This document shows, one piece after another, positions 1 through 10,800 of a stretch of DNA of 29,495 bases (position 1 is the first letter of the stretch; the number at the start of each line of letters is the position of its first letter). The position numbers and the translations under genes were made by a program. This DNA comes from a virus (Duplodnaviria > Caudoviricetes). The DNA lies in the IMG/VR virus record IMGVR_UViG_3300017754_002634, positions 1 to 29,495 of that record; one strand, written 5' to 3'. The notes beneath the pieces are model-generated. The model saw only the letters and a list, made by a program, of their open reading frames with translations. It did no database searches and was not told where the DNA came from.

Positions 1-2
1 CC

Positions 3-1751
3 TACGGCCAACGGGGCGGTGTGTTCATGGAAAAAGAAGAGCTGGACGACAACGGCGGCACGGTCAAGAAACAGATTTTGCTGTGCGCCAACACCATCTT
101 CCCCGTGGACATCCTGAACAACAACGGTGTGCACGAGGTGCACTTCTGCGTCATCCGCAACAAGCAGCTCAGCGAAGTGCTGCTGCCCCAGAAGTCGGTA
201 GCCAGCCAAGACGAGACGATCAAGCACCTGTCGAGCCAGAACATCATGGCGTCATTCGGCGCAGGCAACGACAAGAACTTCTACAACTACATCCGCGCCA
301 GCGTCGAGAAAGTCAGCACGGAGAAGGACCCGATCAAGATGCCGCCAAGCTACGGCTGGCAAGAGGACAACAGCTTCGTGTTTGCAGGCAAGGTGTACAG
401 TGCCAACCGCCCACCTGTCACCGTTCCGATGCCCGAGCTGAAGAACATCGTGATGAACACCCGCCCAACGGGAACGCTGGAGGCGTGGAAGAAGATCATC
501 AACATGCTGATCCGGCGCAAGATGTGGGACCAATTAGCCGTCGTGATGGCGGGCGCTGCCTCCCCGTTGATGAAGTTCACTGGCTTGCACGGCTTGACCG
601 TTCACGTTGCGTCTTCTGAGTCAGGCACAGGTAAGTCACTGTCGCTCGACTTGGCTGCATCCATCTGGGGCCATCCGATCCACTACCGCACAGGCGCAGG
701 CACTTCTCCTGTTGCCATGCAGCAGCGGCTTGGCATGCTGCACAGCTTGCCTTTGATTACCGACGAGATCACGACCAACAACCGCAAGGACTTCGAGTGG
801 TTCCCGGCCTTCTTGTTCAGCATGAGCGAGGGGCGCGGCAAAGAGCGCATGGAGTCGGGCACCAACAAGGAGCGCCTGAACCTGTCGGTGTGGTCAGCCA
901 TCTCGCTGATGTCGTCAAACCGCCCTGCCGTGGACTACATGACTGGCGACCGCAAGCACTCCTCCGAGGGTGAGCTGCGCCGCTTGATTGAGTTTGCGAT
1001 GGACCAGAAGCTGGAGTGGTCCAGTGACGAGATCGAACTCATCAAGTCCTTGCAGTCCAACTACGCTGTGGCAGGCGAGGTGCTGGCGCAGTTCTTTGCT
1101 GACAACGTGCCGCTGCTGCGGGAGCTGGTGCCTGAGTGCACGCGCCGTATGTACGAGGAGTACAAGGCTCCCAACGACGAGCGCTACTGGATGGCGGGTA
1201 CGGGTGCGGTGCTGGCCGCTGTGCTGATCTTCAGTGACAAGCACACGGGCTTGGCCAACATCCCAGCCAAGGAGATCATCGAGGCGTACCGCCGTCAGAT
1301 CGACCACCTGCGCTTGTGCATCAAAGGCGGCAAGCGTACGGCCGAGGACGTGCTCAACGCCTACATTCAGGAGTACCAAGGCAAGTTCGTCATCGTCAAG
1401 TTTGGCGAGAAGGCTGGCCCTGCTGCAATGTTTGGTGACGGCACATCCGTTGGCAAGACGACCACGAAGCAAGAGGTCATGGGACGGGTTGAGCACGGCG
1501 TGTCTCCGGGCTGCATCGACTTCTATATTGAGGAACGGCTGCTGCGTGCCTTCTGCTCAAACATGAGCTTCAGCTACACGACCTTCAAGTCGGAGATTGC
1601 GCACATCTTCTCGGTGTACCAAGCCCCCAAGAAGGACATGCTTGCCAAGACGGACGGCCCACCGCTGCGCGTCATGGCCCTGAAACTGACAGCCAACGCC
1701 AACACTCTGGACGATGCAATACTCTTACCGGTTTCCGTGGGCGCGGCTTAA
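3..1751 (+). CDS. DUF927-type P-loop NTPase (phage helicase / primase-helicase C-terminal part); 5'-truncated by the window edge
   Basis: The frame is open back to position 3 (YGQRGGVFM...), so the real start lies upstream. It has the YGWQ motif, 'GTLEAW', Walker A SESGTGKS, Walker B LITDE and a GRGKER motif, all typical of DUF927/Cch-like helicases. Confidence 0.85.
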   Translation, partial: YGQRGGVFMEKEELDDNGGTVKKQILLCANTIFPVDILNNNGVHEVHFCVIRNKQLSEVLLPQKSVASQDETIKHLSSQNIMASFGAGNDKNFYNYIRASVEKVSTEKDPIKMPPSYGWQEDNSFVFAGKVYSANRPPVTVPMPELKNIVMNTRPTGTLEAWKKIINMLIRRKMWDQLAVVMAGAASPLMKFTGLHGLTVHVASSESGTGKSLSLDLAASIWGHPIHYRTGAGTSPVAMQQRLGMLHSLPLITDEITTNNRKDFEWFPAFLFSMSEGRGKERMESGTNKERLNLSVWSAISLMSSNRPAVDYMTGDRKHSSEGELRRLIEFAMDQKLEWSSDEIELIKSLQSNYAVAGEVLAQFFADNVPLLRELVPECTRRMYEEYKAPNDERYWMAGTGAVLAAVLIFSDKHTGLANIPAKEIIEAYRRQIDHLRLCIKGGKRTAEDVLNAYIQEYQGKFVIVKFGEKAGPAAMFGDGTSVGKTTTKQEVMGRVEHGVSPGCIDFYIEERLLRAFCSNMSFSYTTFKSEIAHIFSVYQAPKKDMLAKTDGPPLRVMALKLTANANTLDDAILLPVSVGAA

Positions 1752-1899
1752 AAAGGGCAAGGGATTCTTCATCCCTTGCCTTGCCACCGAGAAGGTACGA
1801 CAGACAGGGCTTAACGCAGCCCTGTCTTTTCGCATCTTTGACGCCAAAGCCTACCCGGCCATCAAAGATGGCCTCATGGGCGTGTGGTTCTTTCGGTAG
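1714..1899 (+). CDS. Small hypothetical phage protein (61 aa), possibly DNA-binding
   Basis: ATG ORF overlapping the end of the helicase gene. It is basic, with an FPW...KG.GFFIP...GVWFFR pattern resembling small conserved phage proteins. Confidence 0.65.
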   Translation: MQYSYRFPWARLKKGKGFFIPCLATEKVRQTGLNAALSFRIFDAKAYPAIKDGLMGVWFFR

Positions 1900-4800
1900 C
1901 CGCGTAGAACTGCAGCGCCATTTTGTTCTGCGCGTCTTTGAGCTGCTGCACCCTTGCTTCTTTCTCGTCCCCTGACAACCGTGGGTTAGCAATGATCTTT
2001 CTTTCCATATCAAACAACTCCCCCATGCGCTGGCGGAACGCGCCTGCCATCGGAGCGCCGACAATCAACGCCGCATTTTCTTTGGCGTACGCAGCGGCGC
2101 GGTCCTGCTGGCCACGGTTCACCAAGTCTTTGTACGTCTGCTGGGCTTGGATCACATCGTCCATGCGACCGTACGCCCGTTCGATCACAAACCGGCCCTC
2201 GGAAGGCTGGAACAACCCGCCAATGAACGGCTGGCGTGAAGCACCCACCGGCATCTTCTCGCCCTCGGCTTCGGAGCGCAGCAACGGATTCAGCGTGGAC
2301 ATAAGCGCCACCCCAAGACCGCCGGTGTAACCGCGAACAAAATGCTCGATCAACAGCGGCGAGATACCGACAGCGCCAGTCACACTGCCAAGCGTCTTGG
2401 CCACTTCTGTCGTGCCTGCACGGAAACGCTCGCCTGCTTCCAGACGCTTCTCACGATCAGACTCAATCGGACCGAAAGCTGTTTCGCCGTAGAAGGCTTC
2501 CAAGATTGGCTTGGGAGCCGCAGGAATAACGCCCGGTGCCGAGTTCAGGATCAGCTTACCAATCGCTTTGGCGGCTTCGTTGCCGGTAGCGTTGCCCATG
2601 GCAACGTCCATCAAGGCTTGTGGCAAACCCATAAACAGCAAACCAACTTCAAACGGCACAGGCAGTTTGAGCGGGTCCTTGACGCCGGGGATGTTGACAA
2701 AGAAGTTGCTGTACCGTTCTTCGGGCTTGGCCTTCTTGTAGTCCTCATCGTCCTGCATCATGAAGGCGTATGCCAGCGAACCCGCAAACAGCATGGCACC
2801 ACGCGCTGCAATCTTGCGCTGAATCTCCAGTTGCTCGTTGAACGGCATGTCGCCTTTGAACGAACGGTACAGAACGTCCAAGCCCTGAATCTGGGCGTTG
2901 AAGAACGGCACCAGAGTGCTCATCATCTGCATGCTGGGCGACAGGCCACGGCGACCAAAGTTGGCCGACTCCATGGCGCGGAACTGCGCTTTAGCTTCAG
3001 AGAAACCCTTCTTGATCGAGTCGTTGTAAATTACCGCCCGGGTCGCAGCATCGGCCTGCAACGCCATGGTGTCAAGCTTGCCCAAGAACTTATCCCAGCC
3101 GCTGCGGCCTGCGGACACGTCGCCCAAGAACTTCTGCATGTCGGCTTCGCTGCCGGTGTAGATGTTGGAGCTGACCACAAGACCGCGCATGAGCGCCAGT
3201 TCAGCGGGGCTGCGTCCTGCCCGCATCTTAGCCAGTTCACGCAGTGCGTTGGCAATCGGCACGCCATCCACGCCGGAGACAATAAACGCGTTAACGGGTT
3301 CGCGGACCAACTGGCGCACAACGTAGGCGGGGCTGCGTGTAATGAACTTGCGCAGAATATCCGCAGGGATGCCCATCATCTTCACCATGTCGGGGATGGT
3401 GGTCTTGATACCCTCCATGCCGCGCACGATCAACTCGGCAGGGATACCGAAAGTATCCGAGTCGATCACAGCAAAGTGGTCTTCGCCGTCAATCTTGTAG
3501 TGAACGGTGTTGGTGTTAGCCAGCCCTGCACCCTTACCCATCTTGGAGACAAACCCGGACTTATAGAGGGCGTTGGTGGTCTCCATCGTCGCCTTGTTGT
3601 GCATTGCCATGCGGGTGAGCATGAACGTGTTTTGCACAGCGCTGGTCAGAATCGGCTGAATCTTTTTCTCGTCGCCCAAGAACTGCTTGAGGTCGGGGCT
3701 GTCCTTAAGGTTGCCAATGGTAATCGGGCGCTCGCCCAACACAAACAACTTGACGTTGCCGTCTTCGACCCGATAGAAAGGCACGTACGGCTGCTTGTTC
3801 AAACGCCGCACTTCGTCTTTGCTCAGGTAACCAGACTGCGCCGCAAAGTCCAAAAGACCTTCGTTGTAGTTTTTGTACTCGCGCATGGCTTCTTCCATAG
3901 CCGCTTTAACCTCGGGGTTGGCGTTCATCTTGTTGACGTAGTCGTTGTACTCGGCTTTAGCCTTGGCAGGTTCCTTGGCTTGCAAACGTGTCCAGCCGTC
4001 AGCCACAGCGTTGGCACGCTGTCCTGCAATCAAAACGGTGAGCATGGCCTCGGCTTCTTGTGGGTTCATCCCACCGGCTTTGGCCGCACGCTCCATGGCG
4101 GTGCTTACGCCGACGAGGTTTGCGCCAGACGTAGACTCGTAGCGGTACTCGGTAGCTTTGCCCACTTTGTCCGCAACGATCCGCACAGGGCCGTCTGTGA
4201 TGAACTGGCCAGCCGCCTGCGTCACTTTATCGCCCATGCGCATGAAGTACTGCGCGTTGAACGCTTCGGTGGACGACAGCTTGCCCGCGCCTTCGGCCTT
4301 AACAAAGGCCTCATCAGTAGCAGCAAGGCGGTCGATGTACTGTACACGCCCGTTCAAACCAAACAAATTGCCGCGCAGTGTAGCCAGCTTGCCGGGTTCG
4401 TAACCGATGATGGACGACGCGGGCGGAGTCTCACGGCGGAAAATCGAAGGAACAGCCTGCTTGCCAACAGTAAGCGTGTTCGACGGCGAATAAATCTGTT
4501 TGATCAGTGCGCTGGTTTGGTCGCTAATTTTTTCAATCGGCTTTGTGCTCCACAAACGGGTCAGTGCGTGCCAGAACCGTTTATACCAAGGCTGGTTGTC
4601 AACGGCGGCACGGAACGCGACGTTCGACTGCATCTCTGACACAAACTCTTCTACGTCAACAATACCGTATTCGTTCTTCAAGTCCCTGCGCTTTTCCAGT
4701 TGTTTGAAGATTGCAGTAATCTCTCGCTTGGCGTTGCGTTGCTGCGGTGTCAGCTTGTCATCGGGCGCACGCAGTACCTGCAACGTAACTGCGTGAACAG

Positions 4801-7800
4801 CTTCGTGCACGAGTGTTTCATCCGTAATCTCACTAGGCCGGATCAAAACGGTGTTGTTGGCAGGGGTGTACAAAGCAGGAACCGCCACACCGTTGTGCAT
4901 CAGGTCTGGCACCGTCTCAACTTTTGTGCGCATCAACAGACGGCGAATATCGTTTGCTGTTTCGCGTACCAGAGGATTGCTGCTGTCCACAGCAAGCCGC
5001 TCAATAGCTTCAACAAAACGCCCATCCATGACGGCCTCTATGACCGCTGGGTTTGAGTCCATTTGCACGTTTGTTGAGTACGTTGCAGCAACGTCGAAAC
5101 TGCCTTCATCGCGGATGCCGCGTCGGCTTCCTTGTTCAGCACGTTCCAGCTCCACACCGGCTTCTTCTTGGCCGGGCTTTGCAGAGATGCGCATGGACTC
5201 TTCAATGGCGTCTTCTGCTTGCGCTTTGGCGGACTTGTTAGAAGTAAAACCCGCCGCCACGTTGGCTTCGGCATCCCGAAGCACTTCAAACATACGGTTG
5301 CGTTCTTGCTCGGCTTCATCAACCGCGTCTTTTGCCAGCTCTTTTGCAGCCGGTGTTTTGGCTGCTTTATAGTCAGCTTCGGCTTTTGCGAACGTGGCCA
5401 CGGCCGCGTTGTACCGTTCCTTTGCAGCAACCACAGCGGCAGCGCCGGGCACTTTGATCAGGTCGTTACCTTCCTTGATCTTGTCTTTGATCTGCGCATC
5501 GGTCATGCCGTTAGTAGCGTCAGCAAACGCTGCTTGGAGTTTCTCTTTGCGATCGCCAGTAGCAGCGTCAAGTTTTTGTTTCAACACCGCCAGACTTACC
5601 GCGTTTGCATCGGCGCGGTTCATGTCCGCAGCCGTCAAGCGCACTGCGCCTGTTTGCATGGGGCGGTTGCCTTTGGCAATAGCTTCCCGAGACTCTTCCG
5701 TACCGGACAGCATCTGGCTTGGAGGCTGCGTGCCAACCCGCGCAACAGGTCCAACTTTGCGGCGACCAAGCCGGGTATCGGGCGCAACCAAGGGTTCAAC
5801 ACGCTCAGCAGTGCGGTACTCAGCACCTTCACCAACAGGTGTAATAACGCGTTCGCCCAATTGAGTGACGCTTTCGTAATCGCGTTCGAGTTGTTTGACG
5901 GCACCTGTGAGACGCTGCACCTCTGCCACGTTGTCTTGCGCTTGTGCTTTTTCCAGTTCGGCTTGGCGAAGGTTCAATGTATCGCGCACCGCTTTACGGG
6001 TCTTAACAACCAGAGAAGATGTGGTGTCGCTCTCGTAACGAGTACCGCGCAAACCAAGACCTTCGCGGATACGGGCCAGCGCAGCACGTTCTGCGTTGGT
6101 GTACTTGAAAGCAGCCGTTTGGTCTGCTGGTTGTTTGGCCGCTTCTTCGCGCTCGGCAATCTTTGCGCCTGCAAGCGCTTGGTTGGCTTTCTTCAAACGC
6201 TCCGCCATCTCTGCGCCCTCTTTTGCTTTGGCGTCAAGCTGCGGAATCATGTTTTGAATACTGGCGACTTCGGTGTCAATCACGGCTTGGATGTCATTGC
6301 CGTAAGCGCGAGTCAACCCCAACTGCTCCAGTCGCGCTTTCTTATACGCAAACTGGTACTGCGCGAGGTCTGCTGCGGTCTTGTTGTACGTGTCCAGTAA
6401 AGAGTTGTACGCACCAAAACCGTAACGACGCGCCCAATCCGACAGCTTCATCTCGGTTACGTCGCTGACTTCTCCCGGAGCAATTGGGAGCAGCGCCGAC
6501 TGGCGTTCAAGCGCGGTACCAAGTTCGGCCAATGTAGCTGTTTTGCTGGCCGAATCCGGAAGTTTTTCAGCTGCAGCAATTTGTTTCTGTGTGCCTGCAA
6601 GCATCTCGTCAAGCTTGCGTTTGGCAGACGTGAGTTCTAAGTCAGCAAAACCCAACTCTTGCGACGCAACCAGTGCGTTGTTGTTTTTCTCTTTAACCAA
6701 CGCATTAAAAGACGTAGTCCATGCGTCTTGTTTTTTACTCTGCTCTTTTTCCAGTTCACGAATCAGCAATGCAATATCCCGCAACTGCGCATCAATGGTG
6801 GCGGATACGGTCTTTTGTTCTTTCTCGTCAAACACTGAACCGCGACGCGCAGTGAAGCGGCCTGTCGTGCCAAGCAGTTTTTCTCTTTCGGCGTTCAAGC
6901 GAGCAAGCACATCGCCCACAGTGTTGCCTGCCGTAGTTGTTTTGAGAGCAGCGTAAGTCTGCTCCATGTTTTCTACTTGCTGCAGTTGCGCAGGTTCCAA
7001 GCCGCTTGCCAAGAGTTTTTCAATTTCGGTTTCAACTTCTTTAGCGACGTTTTCAGGGTACACCTGTTTAAGCGCGGCGTTCATGTTCTCAATATTTTTG
7101 GTAGAGCGAGCAATGCGCTTTTCCAAAGATTCTTTTTCCGCTGTTCCGCGCGCCGCTTGGGCTTCAACTTCTTTCTGGTAGCCGCGCAACATGCGTGACG
7201 ACAGCGCCACCTTTTCAACAGGCACCGGTGCTGTAGTCTTCTTTTCAATCTTGGTGATACCCCAGCTTGCCAATTTCTTCGGAAGCGTGCGAGTTTTACC
7301 CGTAGGCGTGCGGTAGCCTTCGCCTGCAATCAAGCGTTCAGCTTCTGCCGTGCCGGGAGTAGCGCCTGCACGTACAGATTCTTGCTGCTCGTAAGCGCGT
7401 TGACGACGCTCAAGGTCGGCCATTTCTGCGCGGACTTTTTCTTGCTGCTGCAAGTTGTCCTGCAAAGCCTCTTCCGCCAGTTTGCGCTTGCTACCTTTGA
7501 CGAGGTTGTTAAAGTAGTTGATCTCTTTTCGCTGCTCCTCGGCGCGTTCAAGATCGCGTGGGGTTGCGTCAATCCGTTTTGGGTAGCGCTTGCTAAGCAC
7601 CGCCGTTTTTTGCGCGGGCCATGTCTTTACGATCGGGTCGTTTGACTGAACCAAGAACGCTTCGTACTGCTCTGTTTTCATGGCCGCTACTTGACGCAAG
7701 TAACGGGTAGGGTCAGCGTCCCCAGACGCCCGAGCTTTGCGCAGCGTTTCTTCCACGTTTTTCAAAGCAACCAGACGTTGCTTAGCGTCTTGCAGTTTGG

Positions 7801-10800
7801 CGGGGTCTACGGGTTTCAGGCCAGCGCGGCGCTCAAACCCGGGCAGCGTTCGAGTGCGTGTATCTTCTTGCTCTGCGCGTTCACGTTCACGCGCTTGGGC
7901 AAACTCATCAAAGCGTTCGCTTCTGCGACCAGACGCCTGTTGAAGGCGGGCTTCAGTTTTTTCAATCTGTTCCTCAACTTGGCGCAGGCGAGGGGTGTCT
8001 TTGCTGTACTGTTCGGCCAGAGCTTGCAGTTGAGGGGTAGCACCGACTTGACCACGACGCTGCATACCGGTTTGAATGTCATCACGCTCAGCGTACAGTT
8101 TGTCCAATTCGTTTTGGATTCGGTTGGCTTCGGTGCGAGCTTTTTCCAATCCGCCAAACAAGTCTTCGGTTGCTTCAAACGGGCGCGGCGCTCCAAACTT
8201 AAGGTCGCCTGTACTCTTGCGAACACCGGGAGCAGTTTCTTCAGCTTCAAAAAGAGGTGTTTGGCGTTCAACCACTGCCTCGTATTGTTTCTGTACAGCG
8301 TCCAACTCATTGAGCGTGCTGTCACGCAAATCTTTCAGGTCGTTAAGACGCGCCAGTTTTTCTGGGTCTGATGGTCGACCTGCCTTTTGGATAGCGGCGC
8401 TGTATTCTTTTAAACGTGCCCGCAACTCTTTGGCGCGATCTACCAAGTCCGCTGCTTGTTCAATTGGTGCAACGCTAGTCTTCTGTGCAGCGGGCTTAGC
8501 CGGTGCTGGGGTGAATTCCATACCGGCAAGTTGTTTTTGCGCTTCCACATCAAACAGCGATGCTTGACCCAGCTCTTTCTTTTCCTGACGGGCTGCCGCA
8601 GTTTTGGCTCCTTCCGCATCGACTGCTTTTTCACCGGTGATGTAGGGCATCATTCGGTCAATCAACTCAGCAACACGCGCATCACTTGCTTGTGTGATCT
8701 GAGAGTCAACATCGGGTTCACGAACCGCTTTGTCTCGCCCAATCTTCAGCTTGCGTTCGACCTGCGCCAATGCTTTATCAACGGCATCAAACTCGGTGCG
8801 CACCAACTCAAGCGCTTTTGACGGGCCGTATTTTGAAAAGTCGTTGTACTCCGCCTCAAGTTCCGTACGTTTGCGCTTGAGTTGGTCGCGCAACTTTTCC
8901 CGGTCAGCGACACGGAATGCGTTTTCTTTGGCTTCTTTATCGAACGACGCCCAGTCTTGCTCGTTTTCTTGCACTAACAAACTAGCGCGTGTAGCCTGAT
9001 TAAGTTTGCCGCCGGGCTGGACACGGTAAGGCTGCGCAAACTTCAAGCGCTCTTTAGCGGGTTTGCTGGCTTGGCGCATGATCTCACGCGCCTCATCCAA
9101 CCGTGCTTTGCGCAGCCCCACTTCAAAGTCGGTAAGCCCCTTGTCTCCCATGCGGAACAGCGCATCGGTTTCTTTGGCCACAGTTTGGCTGCGGCGCTTG
9201 GCATCTTCCCGGGCCTCGGCAATTTCTTGCGCCAAAGCGTTGTCAGACGGAACGCCTGTATCAAAAGACAGCTCGCCTTGTTGTTCAGCTTCAGCCAGTT
9301 TTGGCACAAGCTGACGAATGGCTTCAACATCACCCGTAGCTTTGGCGGCATCCATTTGGTCGCGCAGGTTGCTCACGGACGGCATCTGCGTAACCGTCTT
9401 AATAAACGGCTTGAACTGCTGCAGGTTCTTGAGCGCAGTCTCCATCCGCTCCATGTTGGCAAGGATTGCCTGCTCTTGCTCGGTTGTGTTGGCGTCAACA
9501 AGTTTTTGTTGCGCGGTGTTAATTGCGGTTTGGATTTGTTTTTGGGCCGCGTTATAGGTGTCCGCATCCGGCACCAGTTTTTCCAACGTGTCTTCCAACG
9601 CGTTGATTTGGTTTTGCAGCGGCTGTTGCTGAGCAGGCGGCAAACCTGTCTGCTTCTTTTTGAGGTCGTCAATCTGCGCTTTGATCTGCGTAGCTTGCCC
9701 CATGTCGGATGTGTCCTGCGCTTGGTACGCAGGCTCTTTTCCAAATACGGCTTCGGTAGCTTTCTTCTCAGCTTCCATCTTGCGCAACAGGGGCGCGGCT
9801 TCAACACGCTCTTGCACCAACGCTTCGTACTCGGGCGCTGCTCTAAAGTCTTTGAGTGCGTCAACTGCTTCTTTGCGCTGTTCGGCCGCAATTCGCTTTG
9901 AAGCAGGGTCTGTGCCTTCTGGCTTGACCTTGGTTTTTTCGTCCAGTTCTTTTTCTTGGGCAATTAGCTTGTCATAGCGAGTCTGAAGATCGCTCAGGTA
10001 TTCTGGCTTGGAGCGCTCAACCGCCACCCGTTTCTTTTCTTCTTCAACGCGTTGAGCTTCGACTTTGGCAGCGGCTTCGGAGTCAAGGCGATCCGCTTCT
10101 CTTGCTTGAGTCTTAGCACCGCTGCGCTCAAAGGCACGGCCAAACGGTGCAGCAGCACCGCCCAACACAGCACCACCAATGAAACTGTCGATGTACTCTT
10201 TGCGGGCTTCGGGGTCGGCAATGTTCAGCCCGGCTTGCAAGCGCTCGAGCACTTGTTGCGTGGCTTCGGTCACACCCTCTCGTCCTGCAGTAGCGCCGGT
10301 CTTGGCGGTGTAGTCCATGATGGTTTTGCCAAGCGTCTGATTGGCAAGAGCACGGGCTTGTTCGGTGGTCAGCTTAGAACCCACGGAGCCAAACAGCTTG
10401 CCGATACCGGGAATCAACGCCATAGCGGCGGTGTCCAGAACAGCTTGAGGAATAGCCGCGCCAAAGGCTGCGGCTCCGCTGGCCTGCTCCAGCGTCTTGC
10501 CTGTTTCCAGTTGAGCGCCAAGGTTAGAGGCCGTGAACTGGCCGGTGGACACCGCGCCTGCACCCAACAAACCCAAGCCAGCAGCAACTGGAGCGGATAC
10601 AGGGGCAGCCAAAGCACTAAGACCTGCAGCGGCGGGGAGGGCCATGTACGGCAAAGAGCCGCCAAGGGTCTCTCTAAACTTTAACCCGAAGTCCTCAGTC
10701 CAGCCTTTTTCCGTAGGGGTAAAGCGTGCGGCAGCTTTGGCTTGCGCGGCTTCGTATTCTTTCTGCGCTTCGGCTTCGCTCTTGACGCCCAGCTTACCCT

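Noticed and set aside
2342-4639. 765-aa + strand ORF, and other long antisense ORFs such as 5132-6400, 9071-9901 and 19013-19720
   Set aside because: They lie wholly antisense to well-supported genes, have no recognisable motifs, and have the odd composition expected of shadow ORFs produced by codon bias.
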